Notes: a model not told the origin generated them from the letters alone. Counted from the first letter of the stretch, positions 34,531 to 43,662 are shown. The stretch is 64,000 bases of DNA from an uncultured bacterium (GCA_963845185.1 CAWJRG010000010.1:263832-327831); one strand, 5' to 3'. Numbers and translations are program-made.

Positions 34531-35471
34531 TGCTTCTCCTCCCCAGCTTCATCCATTAACAAAACAAGCGAACCTAAAATCATGTACGTTTCTATTACGC
34601 ATAAATTAATATCTGTTTCTTTAAGATCGTTATGCGTTCCTTTCGAAAGTATATTATGGAGAAAAATTACTCTACTATCTAAATCGGATACCCTTGCCAT
34701 TAATAATTTTGCTTTATCGTCTTTTGCTTTTTGATCAATAAATGCAATAATTCTATTCTTATATTTATCATCTGTTACATCAATTTCTGTCCCGTCATTA
34801 CGAACAAATTTTTCTTTTCTAGCAGGAAATACCACATTTGCAAAAGCTTTAATTATATTTCGACATGTTGATAAGGCCTGCGACCATTCTTCAGGATTTG
34901 TTGAAGGAAGTCTGTCATATACAGCAATAAATTTGTCTATAATATCCGGAGAAATTTCCTGAAGTTTCTTATTAACATCTTTTTGCATTTTGATAAATAT
35001 ATCTTCAAGTATTTTTCCAAATTTATATTTGTGATTTATCCTCACAACATAAATATAAATATGTGATCGTATTTTTGCTAATAATCCCTTATTTTTCTTA
35101 ATTCTTGCAGCAAGATGATTTCCCTTTGAATCCTTATATGAAATTTGATCTGTTTCTATTTCACTTTCTATTTCCGGCACCGAATCAGTCCAATATTGAT
35201 ATATTTCTTTTCCCGCATTATCTTTTGTCTTTATATACCTTCCTGACCATCCAGCAAATGCTTGTAATTTATCATCTTTTATATCGGTAACATTCTGTTC
35301 TTGATAACCCATAAGTTCTGCAGCAAACCATTTTTCCGCCTCTTTATCATTTGTTAATCTTGCCAATTTTTGACACTTAAATAGAATCTTCTCAAAAGCT
35401 ATTCTGTCCATTTCAAAATCTGAAATAATTTCTTCAGATAAATCTATTATGTTTTTATCTCGTTCGCTCAT
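34527..35471 (-). CDS. AbiTii-like / helical (DUF4145- or HEPN-like) protein embedded in the type I R-M operon
   Basis: 314 aa. The N-terminus ILFKCQKLARLTNDKEAEKWFAAELMGYQEQ resembles, from memory, the AbiTii N-terminal module (..KC..LA..L.N...W...EL.GY). The C-terminus is a helical region ending LHNILSKGTHND. It overlaps hsdS by 4 nt. Confidence 0.6.
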   Translation of the reverse strand: MSERDKNIIDLSEEIISDFEMDRIAFEKILFKCQKLARLTNDKEAEKWFAAELMGYQEQNVTDIKDDKLQAFAGWSGRYIKTKDNAGKEIYQYWTDSVPEIESEIETDQISYKDSKGNHLAARIKKNKGLLAKIRSHIYIYVVRINHKYKFGKILEDIFIKMQKDVNKKLQEISPDIIDKFIAVYDRLPSTNPEEWSQALSTCRNIIKAFANVVFPARKEKFVRNDGTEIDVTDDKYKNRIIAFIDQKAKDDKAKLLMARVSDLDSRVIFLHNILSKGTHNDLKETDINLCVIETYMILGSLVLLMDEAGEEKQ

Positions 35472-35485
35472 AAACTCACCTCACA

Positions 35486-37273
35486 TTATTTTATCTCATT
35501 TAAATATCCTTCTATTTTCTTTTCCTTTAAAGTCAGTTCTTTCTCCAGTCCTTTTATCTCTTTCCAGACCTTATCCGTATCAATATCCTCGATTTCCTCT
35601 TCTTTAGAGCAGTACATGGTTACATTAAGCGACCAGCCATTGTTTTCAATTTCCGATATACTCACAACACGGGAAACGCCTTTTTTGCCCCTGTAACCGT
35701 CGTTATTTATAAATTCCCCGTAATAACCTTTGATTTCTTCAATATTTTTATCAGCAATAATATTTAATTTCCTGACATCGGGATGTTTTTCAAATAATCC
35801 GGAAGCGTTAATAAACAAAACCTTATTTTTCATCTCTTCTTTACGTTTTTTGTTTATAATGATTACACCGCCCGGCGCGCCCGTGTTATAAAAAAGCTTT
35901 TCAGGCAGCAGCATGACGCATTCGATAAGCCCTTTTGTTAAAACCGCCTGCCTTATATTTCCTTCTTTCCCGCTTCGGAACATTGCGCCGTTATCTATCA
36001 CTATACCCGCCCTTCCTTTTTTATCGTCAAGGCTTGCGATTACATGCTGTATCCATGCCCAGTCAGCGGACTGGTTGGGCGTAAAACCGTAGGTAAACCT
36101 TTCTTTTACAAAATTTCCTTTTTTAAGGTTTTCTTCGGGATACCCGTCCTGGTTCCACGGCGGGTTCACAAGGACAATGTCGAATGTTTTTAGTTTTCCT
36201 TTGTCCTCGAACTTCGGATATTTAAGGCTGTCGCTTAATTTCAAAACATCCTGCTTTATGCCGTGAATGTACAGGTTCATCTGCGCGAGCGCGACTGACT
36301 GGGCGTTTGCCTCCTCACCGTACAGGGAAAGGGTCTTTGCTTTTCCTGGCCCTTCCTTTTCAGTCACGTATTTATATGCCTGCAACAGCATATTTGCCGC
36401 GCCGCAGGCCGGGTCATAAACATTCTCGCCTGATTTTGGTTTTGTTATTTCCACAAGAAGCCTTATCACTTCTTTTGGCGTGTACACCTCGCCTTCCTTT
36501 GCCTTTTGCGGCGCGAAATACCTGATTATCCATTCATAAGAGTCTCCAAGCACGTCGTCGGAAACGTTTGAAAGCCGTTTTTCGCTGAACAGCTCGACAA
36601 GCTGCCTTAACAGCTCGGAATTTTCCTTGTTCCCGGAAAACTGGATAAAGGAAGTCTGTGATACTATTTCTTTTATCTTAGGGTTATGGTCGCCGATCTC
36701 CTTCAATATTTCCGACAACCCTTCGGGCAAATGGGACACATCGTTTCTTATGTTGTCCCAGAAATTCATATTGACACCCAGGTATTTGTCGGGCACGATA
36801 AAGTCATGATACGCTTCGTTCATGGCTTCTTTCTTTGCCTGGTTCTCCGAATACCCGTCTGCTTTTGCTTTTTCATATTCGTCTTCAAATTCCTTCTGCC
36901 ACTTATCGCTTATCCTTTTTAAAAACAAAAGCACGAGAATAAACTTATAATCAACCCTTGTGCGTATAAGGTCCGCCGCGCGTTTTAAAATCTTTTCTAT
37001 GTCATCCCTTGTCAATTCCTTGCTTTCGGAAAGCATTGGTTTCACCCCGTCGCCGCATTCCAGGAGCCTGTATATTTTTCTTCTGGCATTTTCCGGGTCT
37101 TTCACCACCTCAAGGCACTTATCCTTGCTGATGGAGGAAAGAATTGTCAATACCTGCTTTTCTTCGTCTCCATATGTGTCTTTAAGAATCCTGGCGGCAT
37201 TCTCAAACCTGAACTTTCCTTCTCCCAGTTTATCCTTTAATATCTGGTATCTCTTTCTAACCCATTTATCCAT
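35486..37273 (-). CDS. hsdM: type I restriction-modification N6-adenine DNA methyltransferase subunit
   Basis: 595 aa with SAM motif I (VYDPACGAANML), motif IV (VLVNPPWNQ) and an N-terminal HsdM_N-like helical domain. Confidence 0.93.
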   Translation of the reverse strand: MDKWVRKRYQILKDKLGEGKFRFENAARILKDTYGDEEKQVLTILSSISKDKCLEVVKDPENARRKIYRLLECGDGVKPMLSESKELTRDDIEKILKRAADLIRTRVDYKFILVLLFLKRISDKWQKEFEDEYEKAKADGYSENQAKKEAMNEAYHDFIVPDKYLGVNMNFWDNIRNDVSHLPEGLSEILKEIGDHNPKIKEIVSQTSFIQFSGNKENSELLRQLVELFSEKRLSNVSDDVLGDSYEWIIRYFAPQKAKEGEVYTPKEVIRLLVEITKPKSGENVYDPACGAANMLLQAYKYVTEKEGPGKAKTLSLYGEEANAQSVALAQMNLYIHGIKQDVLKLSDSLKYPKFEDKGKLKTFDIVLVNPPWNQDGYPEENLKKGNFVKERFTYGFTPNQSADWAWIQHVIASLDDKKGRAGIVIDNGAMFRSGKEGNIRQAVLTKGLIECVMLLPEKLFYNTGAPGGVIIINKKRKEEMKNKVLFINASGLFEKHPDVRKLNIIADKNIEEIKGYYGEFINNDGYRGKKGVSRVVSISEIENNGWSLNVTMYCSKEEEIEDIDTDKVWKEIKGLEKELTLKEKKIEGYLNEIK

Positions 37274-37357
37274 GCTTTCCTCCTGATATACAAGTAATCA
37301 ACCAAATAGGTTGTATATTCCCGAAACTCAAAAAAAAAGACCTTTTTACTTATTCTA

Positions 37358-37386
37358 ATTATAACGGCTGGATGCAAAAAAGTCAA
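37358..37386 (-). promoter_or_regulatory. near-consensus sigma70 promoter of the R-M operon
   Basis: Minus strand: TTGACT (37386..37381), a 17-nt spacer, then TATAAT (37363..37358). It lies about 85 nt upstream of the hsdM ATG. Confidence 0.6.
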
Positions 37387-37470
37387 GCTCCTTTCAGCTA
37401 TCGGCTGCTCCCCTGCATCAGGAATATCCTAGAAATTTCAGGAAGAACCTATAAATTCCACTTAACACCC

Positions 37471-38313
37471 TTACTCTCCTGCCACAAGATAATCCCCAGC
37501 GTGGTACGAGCTCCGGACATAAGGCCCGCTTTCGACGTGCAGGAACCCCATATCAAGCGCGATATTTTTATATTCTTCAAATTTCTCCGGCTTAATAAAC
37601 TCAACAACCTCGTAATTCTGGTTTCCAGGCCTCAGGTACTGACCTATGCTTAAAAATTCGCATCCCGCTTTCCTCAAATCGCTGAAAACCCCTTTAACTT
37701 CGTCATGCTTTTCACCCAGGCCGAGCATTATGCCCGATTTTGTGAATATATTCGGTGTTTTCCTGGCAAAAGCCAGCACTTGGAGGCTCTTTCCATAATC
37801 AGCGCCCTTCCTTATATTATATAAAGAAGGCACAACCTCAAGATTGTGGCCGAAAATCTCGGGCTTCGCGTCAAGGACCTTCTGTATCGCTCTAAAATCA
37901 CCTTTAAAATCCGGGGCAAGTACTTCTACTTTAATGGCTATATTGTGCTCTTTGATCAGTTTTATCGTCTGCGCGAAGATTTCTGCCCCGCCATCCTCCA
38001 TATCGTCCCTTGTGACGGAAGTTATCACAACATATCTTAATTTCATCCTTTTTACAGCTTCAAGCACCCTTTTTGGTTCATCTTTATCAATTGGCTTTGG
38101 CGTGCCCTTTTTTACACTGCAAAAACCGCACTGCCTTGTGCACGTGTCTCCGAGTATTAAAAAAGTCGCGGTGCTGTTGTGGAAGCACTCCGAGATATTC
38201 GGGCACCTTGCCTGGTGGCAGACAGTATGCAGGCCCAGGTCCTTCATGTAATCGTCAGTGCCCGCGATCTTTTTAAAATCTATTTTCTTGTTGAGCCAGT
38301 TTGGTTTTCTCAT
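37471..38313 (-). CDS. lipA: lipoyl synthase
   Basis: 280 aa with the auxiliary cluster motif CHQARCPNISEC and the radical-SAM motif CTRQCGFC. Confidence 0.95.
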   Translation of the reverse strand: MRKPNWLNKKIDFKKIAGTDDYMKDLGLHTVCHQARCPNISECFHNSTATFLILGDTCTRQCGFCSVKKGTPKPIDKDEPKRVLEAVKRMKLRYVVITSVTRDDMEDGGAEIFAQTIKLIKEHNIAIKVEVLAPDFKGDFRAIQKVLDAKPEIFGHNLEVVPSLYNIRKGADYGKSLQVLAFARKTPNIFTKSGIMLGLGEKHDEVKGVFSDLRKAGCEFLSIGQYLRPGNQNYEVVEFIKPEKFEEYKNIALDMGFLHVESGPYVRSSYHAGDYLVAGE

Positions 38314-38317
38314 GATA

Positions 38318-39154
38318 TTATTCGCCTTCCATCGTCAGGGCAGGCTCATTCTGCCCGTCGGCCGTATTTTTCAGGTTCCATTCGTCTTTTGAATATTTCT
38401 CATCTATTAATCTTTTTATTGTATTTCTTTCATCAACTGTCAAATCCTGTTCTTTCAGGCCGAACCTGAATGTGCGGTCAAAAGCCGCGATAAATCTTTC
38501 TACAATTTCGAAAACCATGATTTGTTTGTTTGTGAATTCATTAAGCGCACCGAAATTGGCGTAATTAATATCGGCGTTGAAATATTTTGATATTTTTCCA
38601 CTGTTTATCGAAAGAGGTATTGACCCGTGCTGAAAAATCAATCCCTTTTTCCTTGCCTGCGCATTTCCGCCTATTTTCTTGTTTGCAATGATTATGTCGT
38701 ATTCTTCCTTGCCTGAAAAACAAAACCCAGGCCGTTCCTCGGGCCTCGTGTAACTGATAACATCTTTCGCGTATCCGGGTTCCAGTCCGAAATCCTGGTA
38801 TAATTTCATGATAAAAGAATTCAGCCTTTCAAAAGATTTTTTTACAGGCGCTTTTTTACATCTTATATCCTCTTCAGAACATATGATACAGTAAGTAAGT
38901 TCATCATCATGCAGTATCGCTCCGCCCCCGGTCATCCTCCTGACAATTGCAACATTATCGTTCCTGCATTTTTCAACGCTTACGTCCCTTCCTGCGTCCT
39001 GGTATTTCCCGACGGATATCCCCGCAGGCTGCCATGAATAAAGCCTGAGGATCGGCGTTTTATTCAGCTTATAAAATTCAAACAATGACTCGTCTATGGC
39101 CATGTTTTCAAAAGCATGGTATGCTTTATACGGTATGTAACGCCAGGATTTCAT
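38318..39154 (-). CDS. lipoate-protein ligase / octanoyltransferase family (BPL/LPL catalytic domain)
   Basis: 278 aa. It has NMAIDESLFE..PILRLYSWQPAGISVGKYQ and RRMTGGGAILH motifs and a conserved KIGGNAQ lysine. Confidence 0.85.
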   Translation of the reverse strand: MKSWRYIPYKAYHAFENMAIDESLFEFYKLNKTPILRLYSWQPAGISVGKYQDAGRDVSVEKCRNDNVAIVRRMTGGGAILHDDELTYCIICSEEDIRCKKAPVKKSFERLNSFIMKLYQDFGLEPGYAKDVISYTRPEERPGFCFSGKEEYDIIIANKKIGGNAQARKKGLIFQHGSIPLSINSGKISKYFNADINYANFGALNEFTNKQIMVFEIVERFIAAFDRTFRFGLKEQDLTVDERNTIKRLIDEKYSKDEWNLKNTADGQNEPALTMEGE

Positions 39155-39224
39155 TTATTTTATCTCCCCGTTTCCTGCTGTATATATTTGTTGAGACGTT
39201 TTGCAAAGCGTCTCAACTTTTAAA

Positions 39225-40664
39225 TTATTCACAAATAATTTTTACTTCTTTAGCCGCTTTTGTTTCGTCCGGCCTTGATATCTCGGTCATCATTGGCGCG
39301 GACTTGATTTTTTCCGGGTCTTTCTCGGCTAGCCCGGCTATTTCTATCATTGCTGAAATAAATTCATCCAGGGTTTCTTTTGACTCTGTTTCCGTAGGCT
39401 CAATCATTATTGCTTCTTCCACCACCAGCGGGAAATATATTGTCGGCGGGTGTATGCCGCGGTCTATCAGCGCTTTTGCTATGTCAACGGCGTGTACCCC
39501 GTTTTTTGCCTGGTTTTTAGCTGAAAACACGCATTCATGCATGCATGTTTTGTCATAAGGCAAATAATAATATTTTTTCAATTTTTCTTTAACATAATTC
39601 GCGTTTAAAACTGCTTTCTCAGCTACGTCAATCAGGCCTTCCTTCCCGAGCATTAAAATATAAGCGTAAGCCTTGAGCATGACTCCGAAATTCCCGAAAA
39701 ACGAAGCCACTGCTCCTATTGTGTCCTCTTTATGTATAATTGCCTTGTACTGGTTGTCCATTCCGCGTTCCACGATTGGCGTCGGTAGCAATCCGGAAAT
39801 TTTCTCTGATACTCCCACAACGCCCGAACCCGGGCCACCGCCTCCGTGAGGTGTTGAAAAAGTCTTGTGCAAATTTATGTGAATTATGTCAAAACCTATG
39901 TCCCCGGGCCTTACTTTGCCAAGAATTGCGTTTAAATTCGCGCCGTCGTAATACATGAGCGCGTCGTACTTGTGTGATATATCTATTATTTCCTTTACCC
40001 TTTTATGGAAAATCCCGACCGTATTCGGCATGGTCATCATTACGCCTGCGACCTCGTCGTTCATCTTTTTCTTGAACAGGTCAAGGTCCATCTCGCCCTC
40101 GCTGTCTACAGGCACTGATATTACAGTGTAACCGCCCATTGCAGCGCTCGCAGGGTTTGTGCCGTGCGCCGAGTCCGGTACTATTACGTATTTTTTCTTA
40201 TTGCCCTTGTTTTTATGGTAAGCAGCCATTAAAAGTATGCCTGTTAATTCGCCGTGTGCGCCGGCATATGGCTGTGTAGTGAACTTTTTCATGCCTGTTA
40301 TCTCTGAAAGCAAAAAGGACAGATTATAAACAACCTCCAGCGCTCCCTGGGCCGACTTTTCGTCTATATACGCGAGGTATGGATGCAAATCAGTAAACCC
40401 GGGCAGCACGCTGACTGCCTCGTTTATCTTGGGATTATATTTCATGGTGCATGAGCCCAGCGGATAAAAATGCGTGTCGACCGAGAAATTTTTACGCGAT
40501 AAATTTATATAATGCCTTATTACGTCAAGTTCCGAAAGTTCGGGCAAATCAGCGTCAATACTGCTTAAATATTTAGCGTCTATTTTTTTGATTGTATCCG
40601 GATCCGCTTTCCCCGCGTCAACGCCTTTTCTTCCTTTTACGCTCTTCTCAAAAATCAGCTTCAT
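39225..40664 (-). CDS. gcvPB: glycine dehydrogenase (aminomethyl-transferring) subunit 2
   Basis: 479 aa beginning MKLIFEKSVKGRKG, with the PLP lysine context NLHKTFSTPHGGGGPG. Confidence 0.95.
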   Translation of the reverse strand: MKLIFEKSVKGRKGVDAGKADPDTIKKIDAKYLSSIDADLPELSELDVIRHYINLSRKNFSVDTHFYPLGSCTMKYNPKINEAVSVLPGFTDLHPYLAYIDEKSAQGALEVVYNLSFLLSEITGMKKFTTQPYAGAHGELTGILLMAAYHKNKGNKKKYVIVPDSAHGTNPASAAMGGYTVISVPVDSEGEMDLDLFKKKMNDEVAGVMMTMPNTVGIFHKRVKEIIDISHKYDALMYYDGANLNAILGKVRPGDIGFDIIHINLHKTFSTPHGGGGPGSGVVGVSEKISGLLPTPIVERGMDNQYKAIIHKEDTIGAVASFFGNFGVMLKAYAYILMLGKEGLIDVAEKAVLNANYVKEKLKKYYYLPYDKTCMHECVFSAKNQAKNGVHAVDIAKALIDRGIHPPTIYFPLVVEEAIMIEPTETESKETLDEFISAMIEIAGLAEKDPEKIKSAPMMTEISRPDETKAAKEVKIICE

Positions 40665-42001
40665 AGACTCTCCCTCACTGCTTTTGCAAAAAGGTTCATC
40701 TCGTTTTCCGTGCGTTTCTCTGTAACCGCGACAATAAGGTAATTGTCTTTGTTGTCGTAAAAAAGCGAGGCAGGCAGGCCTGCGCTGAATCCTCGGCTCA
40801 ACATTTTCTTGGTAAAATCCTCTGCCTTGACAGGCAGTTTTATCGTGAATTCGTTGAAAGTCTGGCCTGATTTCACCTCGATATTTTTTATTTGCATAAG
40901 TTTTTCTTTCAGATATCCGGCTTTTTCAAGGTTTATCAACGCGAGGTTCCTGAATCCGTCTTTACCGAGCAGGGAAAGGTATACTGCTGCACGTAAAGCG
41001 CAAAGTGCCTGGTTTGAGCATATGTTTGAAGTGGCTTTTTCCCTGCGTATGTGCTGCTCCCTTGCCTGTAAAGTCAGGACAAAACATCTTTTGCCGTTTT
41101 TATCGACCGTTTCCCCTGCTATCCTGCCCGGCATTTTCCTTGCGAATTTTTTGTCTGCTGTCATTATACCGAGGTACGGCCCTCCGAAAGAAAGCGGCAT
41201 GCCGAGCGACTGACCGTCTGCCACTGCAATGTCTGCTTTCATTTCTCCTGGCTTTTTAAGCAAGCCAAGGGATATAGGATAAAAAACAAGTATATTAAGA
41301 GCGCCTTTTGACGTTGAGTATTCAAAAATATCACTGTAATCGTCAACCACTCCAAAAAAATTCGGGTTCTGCATTATTACGGCCGCAGTATTGTCGTCTA
41401 TAAGCGAATTTATTTTTTTTCTGTCAGAGCTTATGTCGCTTAAATCAGCTTCGACTATCTCGACATCGAGGTTTATTGTGTATGTATATAGTATCCTTGT
41501 ATATAAAGGGTTTACTCCCTTATCTATTACGACTTTGCTTTTATTTGTTATCCTTATTGCCATTGCCATTGCCTCGTATAAGGCAGTGCCGCCGTCGTAC
41601 AAGGAAGCGTTTGCCGCGCCTAACCCGGTCAGCCGCGCCATCATTGTCTGGTACTCGAATATCGCCTGTAATGTGCCCTGGGAAGCTTCCGGCTGGTAAG
41701 GCGTGTATGCAGTGTAAAACTCAGAGCGCGAAGATACGCTGTCAACCGCAGCAGGTATAAAATGGTCATAATATCCCCCGCCTAAAAAATTCACGTAATC
41801 TATCCTGTTTTTATCAGCAAGCGTTTTAAAAACTTTCATTGTTTCATATTCAGTCATGCCTGCCGGGATGTTGAATGATTTTGGGGAAAATTCTCCGGGT
41901 ATGTCCTTAAATAAATCGGAAACAGACCCAATGCCTATGCCCGAAAGCATTTCCTTTACTTCTTTTTCAGTGTGAGGCGTGAATGTTGCCATTTTATTCA
42001 A
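40661..42001 (-). CDS. gcvPA: glycine dehydrogenase (aminomethyl-transferring) subunit 1
   Basis: 446 aa with FTPHTEKEVKEML and YTPYQPEASQGTLQAIFEYQT motifs. Confidence 0.95.
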   Translation of the reverse strand: MNKMATFTPHTEKEVKEMLSGIGIGSVSDLFKDIPGEFSPKSFNIPAGMTEYETMKVFKTLADKNRIDYVNFLGGGYYDHFIPAAVDSVSSRSEFYTAYTPYQPEASQGTLQAIFEYQTMMARLTGLGAANASLYDGGTALYEAMAMAIRITNKSKVVIDKGVNPLYTRILYTYTINLDVEIVEADLSDISSDRKKINSLIDDNTAAVIMQNPNFFGVVDDYSDIFEYSTSKGALNILVFYPISLGLLKKPGEMKADIAVADGQSLGMPLSFGGPYLGIMTADKKFARKMPGRIAGETVDKNGKRCFVLTLQAREQHIRREKATSNICSNQALCALRAAVYLSLLGKDGFRNLALINLEKAGYLKEKLMQIKNIEVKSGQTFNEFTIKLPVKAEDFTKKMLSRGFSAGLPASLFYDNKDNYLIVAVTEKRTENEMNLFAKAVRESL

Positions 42002-42380
42002 GGCCTTCTATGTATTTTTTGTACGCCGTTGTATCCATCAGGTTCTTGGTTTCAGCCGCGTCCTTTACTTCAATCTCTGCTATCCATCCGGCTGTATAAG
42101 GTTCTTTGTTTATAAGCTCGGGTGTAGCGTCAAGGCCGCTGTTTATTGCCACAACCTTGCCGGATAAAGGCGAATAAACGTCGCTTGCCGCTTTGACCGA
42201 CTCCACTCCTGTCAAAACCTCGGATTGTTTCACCTGCTTGCCTGTGGCCGGCAGCTCGACAAAAGTAATATCTCCTAATTTATGCTGGGCATAATCAGTA
42301 ATGCCGATTTTTGCTTTTGCACCTTCTATTTTTGCCCATTCATGTTCCTTTGTGAAATAGTAATTGTCAGGTACGTTCAT
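41994..42380 (-). CDS. gcvH: glycine cleavage system H protein
   Basis: 128 aa with the motifs YFTKEHEWA and lipoyl-lysine VESVKAASDVYSP. Confidence 0.96.
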   Translation of the reverse strand: MNVPDNYYFTKEHEWAKIEGAKAKIGITDYAQHKLGDITFVELPATGKQVKQSEVLTGVESVKAASDVYSPLSGKVVAINSGLDATPELINKEPYTAGWIAEIEVKDAAETKNLMDTTAYKKYIEGLE

Positions 42381-42390
42381 TTTAAGCCTC

Positions 42391-42558
42391 CTAGCAAGAG
42401 TTTATTTTGCAAACCGTCAACAGGTGCAGCAAAATATTACTCTTGCTAGCACCCGTTCAAGTCCGAGGCCGTCAGGCCGAGAGTTAAATAGTCCTGTGGA
42501 CTATTTAACGGGTAGCTTCCATAAGTTGGTATAATATAAAACTACCCACAAGTGGTGC
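42391..42558. repeat. structured intergenic repeat, copy D (expanded by two extra hairpins), between gcvT and gcvH
   Basis: P1 is CTAGCAAGAGtttATTTTGC / GCAAAATattaCTCTTGCTAG. P2 is GCACC / GGTGC. The loop CGTTCAA is followed by GTCC-GA-GGCC-gtca-GGCC-GA. Two inserted hairpins lie at 42482..42509 and 42510..42547, followed by ACAAGTGGTGC. It overlaps the gcvH SD by 2 nt. Confidence 0.75.
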
Positions 42559-42567
42559 TGGATATAT

Positions 42568-43662
42568 TCATTCGTTATTTTTTATTGAAGTATTCTTTAT
42601 AAAAGGCGGCGCTGTCACGATTGCCTCAGCCGCGCCCCTTTCTAGTTCGATTGTCAATTTGCCAGCCTCCTGGGAATATTCCCTATCAACGTAGGCAAAT
42701 GCTATTCCTTTATTAAGATGCGGCGAAAATACCCCGCTTGTAACAAATCCTTTTTCCCTGCCGTCCACCATTATTTTGTTCAAGTGCCTCGGCGTCCTCC
42801 TGCCATCCACTGCCAGCCCCACAAGTTTTCTTTTTATGCCTGCTGATTTTTGTGCAAGTAACGCCTGCCTGCCTGTAAATTCTTTTTCAAAATCAAGGAA
42901 CCTTTCCATGCCGGCGTCAAGCGGTGTGGTCTCTTCAGTTAACTCATCGCCGTATAAAGGATAGCCTGCCTCAAGCCTGAGAATGTCCCTTGCGCCAAGG
43001 CCAGCCGGTTTTACGTCAGGGTCTTTAAGCATGAGCCTCCACAAATCAATGCCCTTGCTTATATCCACGTAAACTTCAAACCCCAGCTCGCCCGTATACC
43101 CTGTCCTGCTTATTATGTACTTACCACCCAGCATGTCGAATAAATCAAAAGCATAATATTTAAGTTTTTTAATGTTGTCTCCTGCTATTTTTTTCATGGC
43201 AGACATTGCGAGCGGTCCCTGTAAATCAAGTTTGACCGTCCTTGCGGAAATATTCTCAAAAGAAGCGTTTTTCGAAAGCCCCTTGCTTATTATCTCCGCG
43301 TCCCGCTGCTCGTTTGAAGCATTTACTACTATCATCCACTCGTCGTCTTTTTTCCTGTAAATTATTAGATCGTCTATTATCGTGCCGTTTGGATTCAGGA
43401 GGAATCCGTACCTGCATATATTATTTTTCATTTTAACTAACGGGTTTGTTATTATTTTATCGAGCGACGATTTAGTAGGGTCTTCCTTTATCAGGAATTC
43501 ACCCATGTGGCATATGTCGAATACTGAAGCTTTTGTCCGGGTATGTTTTGATTCTTCGATTATGCTTCCATAGTGGATTGGCATGTTCCAGTCTGCAAAA
43601 GGAGCCATAAGTGCATTTAATTTTAAGTGTTCTTCGTAAAGTATTGTATTTTTATAGTCCAT
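42568..43662 (-). CDS. gcvT: glycine cleavage system aminomethyltransferase T protein
   Basis: 364 aa with LYEEHLKLNALMAPFADWNMPIHYGS and ISRTGYTGELGFEV motifs. Confidence 0.95.
   Translation of the reverse strand: MDYKNTILYEEHLKLNALMAPFADWNMPIHYGSIIEESKHTRTKASVFDICHMGEFLIKEDPTKSSLDKIITNPLVKMKNNICRYGFLLNPNGTIIDDLIIYRKKDDEWMIVVNASNEQRDAEIISKGLSKNASFENISARTVKLDLQGPLAMSAMKKIAGDNIKKLKYYAFDLFDMLGGKYIISRTGYTGELGFEVYVDISKGIDLWRLMLKDPDVKPAGLGARDILRLEAGYPLYGDELTEETTPLDAGMERFLDFEKEFTGRQALLAQKSAGIKRKLVGLAVDGRRTPRHLNKIMVDGREKGFVTSGVFSPHLNKGIAFAYVDREYSQEAGKLTIELERGAAEAIVTAPPFIKNTSIKNNE

Noticed and set aside
42451-42470. A tRNA-like T-arm (GTTCAAGTCC) inside the structured repeat.
   Set aside because: No acceptor, D or anticodon arms can be drawn. 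The segment is part of the internal loop and P3 of the repeat in all five copies.
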